From the NCBI GenBank assembly GCA_963792175.1, contig CAWBVG010000031.1:153815-217814 (forward strand): DNA of 64,000 bases. Reading direction: 5' to 3'. Source of the DNA: an uncultured Acidobacteriota bacterium (GTDB lineage Bacteria > Acidobacteriota > Vicinamibacteria > Vicinamibacterales > CAVVIG01). The stretch's first letter is position 1. The number at the start of each line of letters is the position of its first letter. Below the pieces are notes generated by a model. It worked only from the letters and a program-made list of their open reading frames with translations, had not been told where the DNA came from and searched no databases. Below are positions 30,690 through 41,334 of the stretch, piece by piece. The position numbers and the translations under genes are program-made.

Positions 30690-31298
30690 AGTAGAAGATG
30701 ACGCCCGCGCCGGTTCGAGTGGCCCAGCTGTGCGAATTGGTCTCGCGGACCGTGTCACCGGGGCCGGGACATTCGGCCCCACCGGGATGATCGACAGCAG
30801 GAGGACGACGTGAGGGTCGTGCGCGTGCGGGTGTACCCGAAGCCGGTCTCGCCGAACACGGCAAAACGTCGATGGAACTGATAATGGGCGCCGAACGATC
30901 CAGTGACTGCATAGGCCGAGTTCCTGGCGTCGGTGCTGAACGTCGACCCAGCGTCTGACATCAGGCGCGAGTACGTGTACCGCGGGCTCACATAGGCGCG
31001 GAGCTTGTCCCACTCTCCGAAATAGAACAGTCCGCTCACGCCGGCGGTCACCGTTGTCGAAGACGTCTCACCGAGGTCGACCGAAACGCCGGAAGCGAAA
31101 GCCCGGAGCTGATCGCGGGGCTCTCGGACGATCCGGTCGAAAACGAAATCTCGGGCCTCACCGCGACGTTGTCCGTCACATGCCAGATGACGCCGACTGC
31201 CGAGGGATATCCCATCGTGATCCCGATCTGTCCGGCGTCCTGCGCGAGCGCGTTCGCGCCGACGAACAGCACCACACTCACCGCAAGCATCAGCCGCT
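30690..31298 (-). CDS. small outer-membrane beta-barrel protein (OmpW/OmpA-like), frameshifted
   Basis: MKRLMLAVSVVLFVGANALAQD signal peptide, then beta-strand-rich sequence. The last strand is aromatic (GFGYTRTRTT). Confidence 0.4.
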
Positions 31299-31313
31299 TC
31301 ATGACGCAGGCTC

Positions 31314-32226
31314 CTATTTCGTGGCGGTCAGCAGCTCGCGGATGCCGCCGAGCGACGCCATGATGCCGCTCGTCTCGTACGGCAGGAACACGATCTTCTG
31401 CGCGTTGGTGGAGATCTGTCCCAGCGCCTCGAGATACTTCTGCGCGATCAGATACTGCGCGGGACTGCCGGCGGCGCCGAGCGCCTGGGTGACGAGCTGA
31501 ATCGCCTGCGCTTCGGCCTGCGCGACGCGCAGCCGCGCCTGCGCCTGACCCTCCGCGGCGAGAATCGCCGCCTCCTTCGAGCCCTCGGCGTTGACGATCG
31601 CCGCCTGCTTCTGGCCTTCCGCGCGCAGGATCGCCGACGACTTCTCGCCCTCGGCGGTCGTGACGACGGCGCGGCGCGTCCGCTCGGCCGTCATCTGCTT
31701 TTCCATCGTCAGGCGGATCTCTTCGGGCGGGGTGATGTTCTTGAGCTCGATCCGCATCACCTTGACGCCCCACTGCTGCGTCGCGGTGTCGAGCGCGGCG
31801 CGCAGCTGCGAGTTGGTGGTGTCGCGCGAGGCGAGCGTGTGATCGAGGTCGAGCTGGCCGATCACGTTGCGCAGCGCGGACAGCGTGAGCTGCTCGAGTC
31901 CCCACGTCAGGTTCTGCACCTCGTAGGTGGCGCGCACCGGATCCGCGATCAGGTAGTAGATGACCGCGTCGACTTCCATCGTCACGTTGTCGCGGGTGAT
32001 GACCGGCTGCGGCTCGATCTTCGTGATCTGCTCGCGCAGATCGATCGTCGCGCGGACCGAGTCGAGGAACGGAACGATGGTGTTGAGGCCGGCTTCGGCG
32101 GTGCGGTGAAACTTGCCGAGCCGCTCGATGATCTTCACCTGCTTCTGCGGAACGATCTTGATGGTCCGCATCAGGACGATCAGCAGGACGAAGGCGAGGC
32201 CGAGAAGAACGATGCCACTCATGCGC
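31314..32226 (-). CDS. SPFH/band-7 (stomatin/QmcA-like) membrane protein
   Basis: MSGIVLLGLAFVLLIVLMRTIKIVPQKQVKIIERLGKF, an EAQAIQLVTQAL coiled coil, and an ATGA start overlap with the upstream NfeD gene. Confidence 0.85.
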
Positions 32227-32687
32227 GTGTGACCTCCAGCACGATGCCATCGGCGCCGACCACGCGCACCTTGGTGCCGGAGGCGATCGCGTCCGTGCTC
32301 CGCGCCGCCCAGTCTTCGCCGCCGACGGTCACGCGGCCGGTGCCGACGTGTCGGATCGATGTCGTGCGTCACGATGCCGTGGCGTCCGACCAGCGGCTCA
32401 GTGCGCGACGGCACGCCCGGTCCGGCGAGGTGCCCGACCAGCGACGATCGCAGCGCGACCAGCGACACCACCATCACGACGATGAAGGTCGAAATCTGCA
32501 GAGGGATGCCGAAGCCGAGATACGCCGCGGCCGCCGCGGCGATGGCGCCGGCGCTGACGAACGCCGAACCGAAGTGCGGAACCGACACCTCGAGGATCGC
32601 GGCGACAAACGCCACGCCCAGCCAGGACAGCGTCGCGACCTGGGCGGCCCAGGTCGAAAACAGGCTCGACAGGATGTTGAGGATCAT
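32227..32687 (-). CDS. NfeD-like membrane protein, one frameshift
   Basis: Two TM helices, then in the corrected frame GTGRVTVGGEDWAARSTDAIASGTKVRVVGADGIVLEVTRA (NfeD OB-fold C-terminus). Confidence 0.6.
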
Positions 32688-32689
32688 AG

Positions 32690-33144
32690 ACCGCGGAACA
32701 GCGGACGGCCACCCGGCCGTCCCGGCCAGGGCATGCCGAGCATGATCGAGGATCGTCGCGAGCCCGAAGCAGGCGAGCAGCCGCGTGCGCTTCGCGTCCG
32801 GTCGTCGCGGCCTTCCGAGCGAGCACGCGCCCCGCGTGCGCGAGCACGACGGCGCCCATCATGGCCGCGATGTGTTCGACGGCCCAGAAGCGCAGCGCCG
32901 GATCCTTCATCGCGCCGCCGAAGTTTTCCAGGATCGGCCGCATGTTCGGGCTGAGGGCGAGATAGAGGATCAGGCCGAGCAGCATCTGCAGATCGAGCGC
33001 CGTCACCGCGAACAGGCCCCAGCGGTCGGCGATGGAGTTGTTGCCACTGACCTGGCCGCGCAGCGCGGCGAACGTTGCCCCGACGGCGGTGACGAGCGCC
33101 AGCCACCGGAGCCACGAATGAACGGCCAGGACGTGTGCATACAT
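32690..33144 (-). CDS. membrane protein (hypothetical)
   Basis: MYAHVLAVHSWLRWLALVTAVGATFAAL plus three more hydrophobic helices. The stop is uncertain. Confidence 0.35.
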
Positions 33145-33223
33145 GCGCAGACCTTAACACGGCTCCCACTTTTTACATTCGGTGATAAGGCCGGTCTAAC
33201 GGTTCCAAAGGAGGCGAACCGCG

Positions 33224-34678
33224 ATGGCCGACGGCGATCGGTTACTTGGACATTTGTTGCGCCGGGCGGGGTTTGGCGCCAGCAGCGCCGAGCTCGCGGC
33301 CTATTCGAGTCTCTCCTATTCGCAAGCGGTCGACCGGCTCGTCAACTACGAGCAGATTCCCGACACGGTCGATTCGAATATCGGCAAGCCCGGTTTCGTG
33401 GGCACGACGTCGCGCGGCGCCGTTCTCTCCCAACACGGTCGCCGACGATGCCCGCCAGCGGTGGCTGTTCCGGATGGTGCACTCGGACCGGCCGCTGCAG
33501 GAAAAGATGACGCTCTTCTGGCACAACTACTTCGCCACCGGGCTGTCGAAGGTCACGGGCCAGGTGAAGAATCCCAACGGCACGCGGCTGATGGCGGCCA
33601 AGGCGTTGGAGGATCCGGCGAAGCAGCGAGGGCAGATCGAACTGCTCCGCGACGGTGCGCGTCGGCAATTTCCGCGATCTCCTCGTCGCGGTCGCGCAAG
33701 ACCCGGCGATGCTGATCTGGCTCGACGGCGACACGAACACGAAGGCCAAGCCGCAGGAGAACTTCGGGCGCGAGCTGATGGAGCTCTTCACGCGCGGCGT
33801 CGGCTACTACACCGAAGACGATGTCTATGCGGCGGCGCGGGTGTTCACGGGCTGGAACCTCAAGCCCGGCGACAACAACGACAGCAGCTCGTCGTACTCC
33901 TTCGTCTACAACGCGAACCAGCACGAGACGAGCGCGAAGACCTTCAGCTTTCCGATTTACAGCGACGGCAGCCGCACGATTTCCGGCGCGGTCGGCATCA
34001 GCCGGCATGCAGGACGGGATCGATCTCATCAACGCGTTGTCGATGCATCCCGAGACCGCGAGGCGGCTCGCGACGAAGCTCTACGGCTTCTTCGTCAGCG
34101 AGACGGCGACGCCGGATCCCAATCTGATTGCCGATCTGGCGAACACCTACCTGCAGAACGGCACGGTGATCAAGCCGGTGCTCCAGCGGCTCTTCACGTC
34201 ACCCCAGTTTCAGGATCCGTCGATCTTCTTCACCCGCTACGCCTGGCCGGTGGAGTTCGTGGCGCGGTCGGTCAAGGAAACGGGGTGGAGCGGGTTTTCG
34301 GTCGGAACGGCGTTGTCGCCGCTCACGAGCATGGGGCAGGAACTGCTCGAGCCGCCGAGCGTCGCCGGCTGGGGACTGGGGCAGACCTGGTTTTCCACCG
34401 GCGCCATGCTCGCTCGCATGAATTTCGGATCGGCGCTGGCCGCCAATCAGAAATTCAATCTGGCCACGGCCGCGGCGCCGTCGCGCAGCAGCTCGCGTGC
34501 GGTCGTCGACTACGTGGCGGGCCGGCTCACGGTCGATCTGCCGACCGACGTCTATAACGACCTCGTGGCGTATGCCGCGTCGGGCGCGGCGTGGACCGGA
34601 TCGGATGCGCAGTTGCAGGCGAAGGCGCCGGGGCTGGTGCATCTCGTTCTCGGATCGGCGGCGTATCAGTTTGTCTGA
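33224..34678 (+). CDS. DUF1800-family protein, about 3 frameshifts
   Basis: LLRRAGFGASSAELAAYSSLSY...LFWHNYFAT...FTGW in successive frames (33224, 33246 and 33821 ORFs). Confidence 0.7.
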
Positions 34679-34685
34679 AGACGTG

Positions 34686-34772
34686 TCGGGGCTAGGGGCT
34701 GTCGAAAGGCGTGTAGGGGCTAGGGGCTAGATGCGGGCCCGGTTGGTAGCTAGCCCCAAGCCCCGAGCCCCG
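34686..34772. repeat. G-rich unit palindrome between DUF1800 and DUF1501 ((GGGGCTA)n ... (TAGCCCC)n)
   Basis: tcggggctaggggct...gtaggggctaggggctag...ctagccccaagccccgagccccga. Confidence 0.7.
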
Positions 34773-34786
34773 ACGGAGAAGCGAGC

Positions 34787-36049
34787 ATGATGAACAGGCG
34801 AGCGTTCCTGAAAGACGGCGTCGCGGCCTTCACGATCAGTTTCGCCGCGCCGGCCTTTCTGTCCGATCTGGCGCGCGCGCAGGGCGCTTCGAGCCGCAAC
34901 CTCGTCGTGCTCGATCTCACCGGCGGCAACGACGGTCTCAGCATGCTCGTGCCGTACACCGACAGCGCCTACTACAGCCGGCGGCCGACGCTCGCGATTC
35001 CGGCGGGCTCCGTGCTGCAGGTTGGCAGCGACTCGAGCGGCAAGGCGCTGGGGCTGCATCCGAAGCTCACCGGCTTGAAGGACATCTTCAATCAGGGGCG
35101 GCTCGCGCTCATCCAGCGCGTCGGCTACGAAAACTCGAGCCGCTCGCATTTCTTCGGCGCCGACATCTGGTCGACCGCCAATCCGTCGAACAGCGCCGGC
35201 AGCGGCTGGGTGGGACGCTATCTCGCGACCCTGCCGCCGCCGCTCGATCCGCTCGTGGCCTGGAACACCACCGGCGACACGCCGCACGCGCTGCAGTCGT
35301 CCGCCGTGTCGGTGGCGTCGATTCCGAGCGTCAGCGGCTACGCGTTCAACAGCCCGAACTCGGGCAGCGAGGCGACCCTCGAACGCGCTGCGGCGACCAG
35401 CATCGCATCGCATGTGCCGGTGGACAAGCCGCACGTCGCATTCGTCAGTACCTCGGTGCAGGCGGCGATGGCCACGCTGGATCGCGTCGCGGCCGTCGGT
35501 GCGTACAAACCGACCGTCGCCTATCCCACCAACGGCTTCGGGCAGGCGCTTCAGGCGATCGCGGGCGCGATGGCGAAGGGGACCGGCACCAGGGTCTTCT
35601 GGGTCCAGACCGGCGGCTACGACACTCATGCCTCCCAGGACACGAACGCCGACACCGGCGCGTACGTGAAGCTGATGGTGACGCTCAACGACGGCCTGAC
35701 CGCCTTCTACAACGACTTGAAGAACCAGGGACTCCTCAACCAGTCGCTGCTGCTCTCGTTCTCCGAGTTCGGGCGCCGCATCTCTGAAAACGGCAGCAGA
35801 GGCACGGACCACGGCTCGGCGAGCGTGATGATGGCGATGGGCGGCAGCGTGCACGGCGGGCTCTTCGGCACCGCGCCGTCGCTCGCCGTCGATCCCCAGA
35901 ATCCGACGCTCGAGAACAACACGCAGGATGTCAAATTCGAAAACGATTTCCGATCGGTCTACGCCAGGGTGATCGACAACTGGCTCGGCGGCGATTCGGT
36001 CGCCGTGCTCGGCGGGAATTTCCGGAAGAGCGGGCTCGACTTCGTCTAA
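34787..36049 (+). CDS. DUF1501-family protein (Tat-exported, sulfatase-fold)
   Basis: MMNRRAFLKDGVAAFTISFAAPAFL Tat-like leader; TGGYDTHASQ...HGSASVMMAMGG. Confidence 0.8.
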   Translation: MMNRRAFLKDGVAAFTISFAAPAFLSDLARAQGASSRNLVVLDLTGGNDGLSMLVPYTDSAYYSRRPTLAIPAGSVLQVGSDSSGKALGLHPKLTGLKDIFNQGRLALIQRVGYENSSRSHFFGADIWSTANPSNSAGSGWVGRYLATLPPPLDPLVAWNTTGDTPHALQSSAVSVASIPSVSGYAFNSPNSGSEATLERAAATSIASHVPVDKPHVAFVSTSVQAAMATLDRVAAVGAYKPTVAYPTNGFGQALQAIAGAMAKGTGTRVFWVQTGGYDTHASQDTNADTGAYVKLMVTLNDGLTAFYNDLKNQGLLNQSLLLSFSEFGRRISENGSRGTDHGSASVMMAMGGSVHGGLFGTAPSLAVDPQNPTLENNTQDVKFENDFRSVYARVIDNWLGGDSVAVLGGNFRKSGLDFV

Positions 36050-36067
36050 CTCTCAAGCTCTCAAGTT

Positions 36068-36832
36068 TCAAGTCTCACTCTTCAGCTTCGAGAGCGCCTG
36101 GCGGGCTTCGAGCAGCTTGTCGTGCGAGCGTTCCCACGCGGTGCGGGCCAGCTGTTCCGCCGCTTCCGCGCGCGCCAGCGCGGCGGCGGCAGCTTTGATC
36201 GCGGCCTCCCGTTTCCGCGCCGCTTCTTCAGCCGCGCGCTCTTTCCGCCGGTCGGCCTCGGTTGGTTTCTTGTCCGACCTCGCCGAAGCTCGCTCTGCTT
36301 CTGTGCGAGCGGAGGCGGGAAAGGGCCGCGCTACGCCGGCCGTGGCGGGCCGCGCCGCGGGAGTCACGCCAGCCAGCGCCTCGAACCCGGACGGCTGCAA
36401 CGCCTTCGTCAACCGGCCGGGAGGTTCTGGAGGCTCCGACGCCAACGACAACGTCTCGAATGTCCGCATGAGCGCATCCGCAGGCGGATTCGTACCCGCG
36501 GCCGCGGCGATTCGCTCTGCGGCTTTGACGGCGTCTGCCAGCGCCGTGCGATGCGCGTCGCCCGCTTCGCGCACGTCGCCGCCGCGGCGGCCTTCGAGCG
36601 ACGCGATTTGCGCGGCGCGCAGCCGCTCGCCGCTCTTGATCAGCTTGTCGTAGGTCGGCCGCGCCTGCCAATACACCTGGTTCACCGCCCACGGCACGAC
36701 GGTCGGCTTCACGAGCGCGCGCACGCGTTTGGCATCGTCGCCTGTCAGCGTCTTCGCCAGCGCGTTGCGCGCCGTCACGAACGCGTCGAGCGGCTGCCGG
36801 TAGAGGTCGTCGATCTTTCCGTCGAGCGACAC
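36068..36832 (-). CDS. hypothetical protein (Ala/Arg-rich C-terminus)
   Basis: ORF. The N-terminal 120 aa are protein-like. Confidence 0.4.
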   Translation of the reverse strand: MSLDGKIDDLYRQPLDAFVTARNALAKTLTGDDAKRVRALVKPTVVPWAVNQVYWQARPTYDKLIKSGERLRAAQIASLEGRRGGDVREAGDAHRTALADAVKAAERIAAAAGTNPPADALMRTFETLSLASEPPEPPGRLTKALQPSGFEALAGVTPAARPATAGVARPFPASARTEAERASARSDKKPTEADRRKERAAEEAARKREAAIKAAAAALARAEAAEQLARTAWERSHDKLLEARQALSKLKSET

Positions 36833-36841
36833 GGAGTGCTG

Positions 36842-37246
36842 CTAGGGATGGGAGACGACGACCGTGTAGGTTTCGGGTGCCGTCAGGATCCCGAGGTCGT
36901 AGACGAGGACGCAGTAGTTGCCGCTGAAAATCTGACCGGAGATGGCGGGAAGATTCAGATTGGCGACCGAGCTTTGAATCACGCTGACGCAGTTACCATT
37001 CGAATCCGCCTGAGCCCAGATGATGCCCAGCGGTACGTTGTTCAGCGGCGCCAGCGCGGTGAGCTTGATGGAGATTTCACCGGTTCTGTCCGTTTTGAAG
37101 GGATGCGATGAGAACCCCTGCGGTGTCACCTCGCCGTCGAACGACTCCATCTGGTTCTTGGACGGGTCGACGATGCCGCCGCAACTGATCGTGAGGAGAC
37201 CGGCGGCGACCAGCGCCAGGACGGACGCTCTGAGGGAACGCATCAT
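36842..37246 (-). CDS. lipoprotein (hypothetical)
   Basis: MMRSLRASVLALVAAGLLTISCGG lipobox. Confidence 0.5.
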   Translation of the reverse strand: MMRSLRASVLALVAAGLLTISCGGIVDPSKNQMESFDGEVTPQGFSSHPFKTDRTGEISIKLTALAPLNNVPLGIIWAQADSNGNCVSVIQSSVANLNLPAISGQIFSGNYCVLVYDLGILTAPETYTVVVSHP

Positions 37247-37263
37247 CTGATTGTGGCACAGAG

Positions 37264-37376
37264 TGGGGACTGGGGACCTGGGGACTGGGGACTGAAGCGC
37301 TGCGTCGGGTCAGCGGCTAGGCCGGCCAGTCCCTAGTCCCTAGCTCCCTAGTCCCTAGTCCCCGAGCCCCGAGCCC
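37264..37376. repeat. G-rich unit palindrome ((GGGGACT)n ... (AGTCCCT)n) in a divergent intergenic region
   Basis: tggggactggggacctggggactggggact...agtccctagtccctagctccctagtccctagtccccgagccccgagcccc. Confidence 0.7.
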
Positions 37377-37436
37377 CGCGGGCGGCCGCGTCCATCCGTG
37401 GAGACGCGGCCGCCGTAGATATAATCGCGACTCCGC

Positions 37437-38081
37437 ATGAGCAGGTTTCGGGCCGTATTTCTCGTCGCGTGCGGCATCGTTGCGGCGTTTGCGCTGGCGT
37501 TCGTGCTGACGCCGCCGCGCGGCGCCCGATCGATGCGCGAGTTCAATCCCCCCCGGCTCGCGGATCTCGAGGTTCGCATGTGGCAGGCGTACTACGCCAA
37601 AGAGCGCCTGCGCCTGTTCGGGCTGCTCGTGACGATGCTCCACGAGCAGTATCACTACTCGTGGGCGACGGCGACGCTCGAAGGCTTCCACCTGGCGAGG
37701 GCGGCGGCGACCTTCGGCGACCTGCGCGGCGGCTACGACGTGGTGCTTCCGGACCTCGAGGCCGCGTACGCGAAAGCGAAGTCGTGGACGCAGGCCGAGT
37801 TCGATCCCCGCGCCGTGGCACGGGCGGAGCTGGCATGGTGGGTGGCGCGACGGGTGCCGGGTCAGAACAGCGCCGAACAGATCGGCGGCCTCATCGCCGA
37901 CGAGTACGCGCTGCTGTACGAGACGACGCGCGCCCGCGTCGAAGCCGCGGCGTTGTTGCGCGCGCAGGCGGCCGCGCTGCGCGACGCCCAGGCCGGCCGG
38001 CCCGACTGGGATCGAATCGGCCGGCTGCTGCTCCAGTCTTACAGCGAGCTGCGCTCGGCGCTCTCGTCCGAGCCGGTGTAA
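37437..38081 (+). CDS. hypothetical protein with N-terminal TM/signal anchor
   Basis: MSRFRAVFLVACGIVAAFALAFVL. Confidence 0.45.
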   Translation: MSRFRAVFLVACGIVAAFALAFVLTPPRGARSMREFNPPRLADLEVRMWQAYYAKERLRLFGLLVTMLHEQYHYSWATATLEGFHLARAAATFGDLRGGYDVVLPDLEAAYAKAKSWTQAEFDPRAVARAELAWWVARRVPGQNSAEQIGGLIADEYALLYETTRARVEAAALLRAQAAALRDAQAGRPDWDRIGRLLLQSYSELRSALSSEPV

Positions 38082-38136
38082 CTGTCGGGGCTAGGGGCTA
38101 GGGGCTCGGGTTTAGCTTCATCTCGCGCAGCACGAG

Positions 38137-38250
38137 CGCGGGGTTGCTGTCGGCGCGCGAAGGCGGACAGCTAGCGGTTGCTGTGGACGAGCGAAGGCGG
38201 ACCTGTCCCGCCGTAGCTGCGGTTGCTGTGGGCGCGCGAAGGCGGATATC
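38137..38250. repeat. three imperfect tandem repeats of 33-45 bp (GCGGTTGCTGTGGxCGxGCGAAGGCGGA...) directly upstream of the enolase-superfamily gene
   Basis: gcggggttgctgtcggcgcgcgaaggcggacagcta / gcggttgctgtggacgagcgaaggcggacctgtcccgccgtagct / gcggttgctgtgggcgcgcgaaggcggatatcg. Confidence 0.7.
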
Positions 38251-38258
38251 GTTGCCGC

Positions 38259-39491
38259 GTGAAGATACGCGAGGCACGAACCACCATTGTCGGTACGCCC
38301 TGGCGCGAACTGCTGTTTCTCGAGCTCACCACCGATGATGGCCTCGTCGGCGTCAGCGAAGTGCGGATGGTGAACAAGACCGAGACGCTCGACGCCTGCA
38401 TCAAGGAACTGGCGCCGCGCTACGTCGTCGGATCGGATCCGTTCGACGTGGAGCGCCTCGCCTGGAACGTGCAGCGGGGCGAGTACGGGCGGCCCGGCGA
38501 GGTCACGCAGTCGGCGCTCGCGGCGTTCGACGTCGCGTGCTGGGACCTGATGGGGCAGTCGCTCGGCGTGCCGGTCTGGAAGCTGCTCGGCGGGAAGTTC
38601 CGCGAGCGCGTGCCCGCCTATGCGAACGCCTGGTATCAGGCGGAGCGCGACCCCGCCACGATTGCGGCGCTCGCGAAGCAGGTCGTGGCGCGCGGGTATC
38701 GGGCGCTCAAGCTGGATCCGTTCGGCGCGGCGAGCGCGGAACTATCGTCGGCAGATTGTCGGCGCGTGGATGCGATCATGCGAGCCGTCCGCGACGCGGT
38801 GGGTCCCGACGTGCAGATGCTGATCGAGATGCATGGACGGTTCACGCCCGCGACGGCCGTGCGGGTTGCGGCACTCCTCGAGCCGTACAACCCGGAGTGG
38901 ATCGAGGAGCCGGTGCCGCCCGAGAACGCCGCGGCGCTGGCGCACGTCCGGCACCACACGCGGATCCCCATCGCCACCGGCGAGCGCGCCCACACGGTCG
39001 GCGAGATCCGCGAGTTCATCGAAGCGGGCATTGCCGATGTCGTGCAGATCGATCTCACGCACTTCGGCGGCTTCCTCGGGATCAAGCGCGTTGCCGGCTG
39101 GGCTGAAGCGCACTATCTGCTGATGGCGCCGCACAACGTCTGCGGTCCGGTAGGGACGATGGCAAACGTCCATTTCGCCATCGCGACGCCGAACTACAAG
39201 GTACTCGAGCACTTCAACGACTTCGCCGATCAGTGGGTCAAGGATCTCGTCGACTACGCACCGCAGGTGGCTGTCGAAGACGGTTGCTTTGGTCTGCCGG
39301 AGCGTCCCGGTCTGGGGCTCAAGCTGAATCACGAGGCCTGCCGCGCGCACCCGCGCACCGGGGGAACGCTGAAGCTGTTCGAGGCCTGGCTGGGAGAAGC
39401 GCGCCGGTCAGCCTTGAAGACTGAACCGCAGAGCACGCAAAGCGCGCAGGAAAACCTGGATCTCAGCGGATTCTGCGAGCTCCGCGGTTAA
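38259..39491 (+). CDS. enolase-superfamily (mandelate racemase/muconate lactonizing enzyme-like) sugar-acid dehydratase
   Basis: N-terminal capping domain (IVGTPWRELLFLELTTDDGLVGVSEV), a KLDPFG metal-ligand region and a TIM-barrel C-terminus. GTG start. Confidence 0.8.
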   Translation: MKIREARTTIVGTPWRELLFLELTTDDGLVGVSEVRMVNKTETLDACIKELAPRYVVGSDPFDVERLAWNVQRGEYGRPGEVTQSALAAFDVACWDLMGQSLGVPVWKLLGGKFRERVPAYANAWYQAERDPATIAALAKQVVARGYRALKLDPFGAASAELSSADCRRVDAIMRAVRDAVGPDVQMLIEMHGRFTPATAVRVAALLEPYNPEWIEEPVPPENAAALAHVRHHTRIPIATGERAHTVGEIREFIEAGIADVVQIDLTHFGGFLGIKRVAGWAEAHYLLMAPHNVCGPVGTMANVHFAIATPNYKVLEHFNDFADQWVKDLVDYAPQVAVEDGCFGLPERPGLGLKLNHEACRAHPRTGGTLKLFEAWLGEARRSALKTEPQSTQSAQENLDLSGFCELRG

Positions 39492-39505
39492 GCGAGGATC
39501 TCCGA

Positions 39506-40400
39506 TCACAGACTCCGCGGAAATCCTGCCGTATCGCTCGGCGACGTCGTGACGGCCGCCCCGCAGCGCACGCCCGCGCGGAGCGCCTCGTCAACCGGAC
39601 CGCCGCGCAGCCGGACCGCGATGTAACCGGCGTTGAAGGCATCGCCCGCGCCGATCGGATCCACGGCGTCGTCGCGGCGGATCTCCAACTCCTGCCAGCC
39701 ATCTGCCGTCAGGACTCCGACGGACGCCGCGCTGCGGACGACGACTTCGCGCGGCGCCTCGCGAGTGCGCTCGCTCGGCTAAAGCCTTCGCGCTCCGGTC
39801 GTCGCCGTCGCCGACCAGTTCGAGGAGCTCGGACGCCCCCGCCAGCAGCAGGTCGCATCGGTCGATGAGCGGCCGCACCAGTTCGGCGCGGCGGTCCGAT
39901 CCCCAGAGCCCGGTACGGAGATTTGGATCCACGATACGGAGACCACGCGCGGATCCAAGAAAGGCGAGAGCGGCGGCGTGCGGTTCCGAGCCAATCAGCG
40001 CAGTCACGCCGGTGACGAGCACGGCGCGCGCCTCGGCGACCGGCACTCCGAGCAACGCGTCCGGCCCCATCGCACTTGCGGCCGACCCGCTGCGGTAGTA
40101 GCGCACACCAGTACCAGGCTCTTTGAGCATCAAGCCGGTGGGTCGCGCGGGATCGCGGCCTACCCACTGCGTGTCGATGCCTTCAGCGCTCAAGCTCTCG
40201 AGAATCCGTTCGCCGGCAGCATCCGCGCCCAGGCGGCTCACCCACGCGACGCGCAGGCCAAGCCGGGCGAGCCCGACGCAGGTATTGCTCTCGGCGCCGG
40301 CGTGATCGATGAGAAGGTACCCGGTACGGCGAACAATCTCGCCCGGCGGTGGGGCAAGCGCGATCATGGTTTCGCCAAACGCGACAAGGTCGTACAACAT
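39506..40400 (-). CDS. kdgK: PfkB-family sugar kinase, 2-dehydro-3-deoxygluconokinase-like, C-terminal frameshift
   Basis: MLYDLVAFGETMIALAP...; the C-terminal frame has DPIGAGDAFNAGYI (PfkB signature 2). Confidence 0.7.
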
Positions 40401-40485
40401 TTTGGTTTTGACGGTTACTTTATCGCCGAAAGGCGTGAATTGCCGTTGACTCAGCAGTTCACCACTTGATATACCGTTTCACTGA

Positions 40486-41334
40486 ATGAAACGGGCCCCG
40501 ACGGTCGTCTCGGCTGCGCGCTACAAGGTGGACGCCGCCGCCAAGGCGCTGGAGCTGCTGAGCGTCTTCTCCTTCCGCGAGCCGCGGCTCTCGCTCGCGG
40601 ACCTCGCGACCCGGACCGGCATTCCCCGCGCCACCGCGTTCCGGCTGCTGTCGACGCTCGAGCAGTCCGGGTTTCTCGCCAAGGATCACGGCGCGTATCA
40701 GCTCGGCATCAAGTGCTTCGTCCTCGGCAACATCGTCGCCGGCGGTCTGGACCTGCGCGAAACGGCGCATCCGCACCTGGTGGCGCTGCGCGACTTGACC
40801 CGCGAGACGACGCAGATCGCGATCCTGGATCACTGGCAGGTCGTGTATCTCGAGCGCATGCTGTCGCCGTTCCCGGTGGGTGTCATGCGGTCGCGCGCCG
40901 GCGCCATCCTGCCGGCGTACTGCACCGCGCTCGGCAAGACGCTGCTCGCCTACATGCCCGAGCCGGAGGTGGCGACCTGGGCCGCCACGCAGAAGTTCCC
41001 GCCGCTGACGTCGCGGACGATCACCTCGGCGCGGCGGCTGCTGAAGGACCTCCGCGTCATCCGCGAACGCGGTTACGGGATTGACGATGAGGAGCGGGAA
41101 AAAGGGGTGCGGTGTCTGGCCGCGCCGATCCGGAACCATCACGGCGACGTCGTCGCCGCGGTGAGCATCGCGGCGCCGATCGATCGGCTGCCGCGCGACC
41201 TGGTGGGCAGCGACGTCGCGGCGGCGGTCGTGGCCACCGCGCGGGCAATCTCGATCGATCTCGGAGCCGTCGACGACATAGGAGCCACGGAAGCGTACCG
41301 CGCCGCTCTAGCGGCGCATGGAGGAAGAAAGTGA
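40486..41334 (+). CDS. IclR-family transcriptional regulator
   Basis: HTH (LSLADLATRTGIPRATAFRLLSTLEQSGFL) and a C-terminal IclR effector domain. Confidence 0.85.
   Translation: MKRAPTVVSAARYKVDAAAKALELLSVFSFREPRLSLADLATRTGIPRATAFRLLSTLEQSGFLAKDHGAYQLGIKCFVLGNIVAGGLDLRETAHPHLVALRDLTRETTQIAILDHWQVVYLERMLSPFPVGVMRSRAGAILPAYCTALGKTLLAYMPEPEVATWAATQKFPPLTSRTITSARRLLKDLRVIRERGYGIDDEEREKGVRCLAAPIRNHHGDVVAAVSIAAPIDRLPRDLVGSDVAAAVVATARAISIDLGAVDDIGATEAYRAALAAHGGRK

Noticed and set aside
31048-32250. 400-aa Arg-rich minus-strand ORF
   Set aside because: Out-of-frame with the well-supported SPFH gene on the same strand, and pure low complexity (RRR/DRR).
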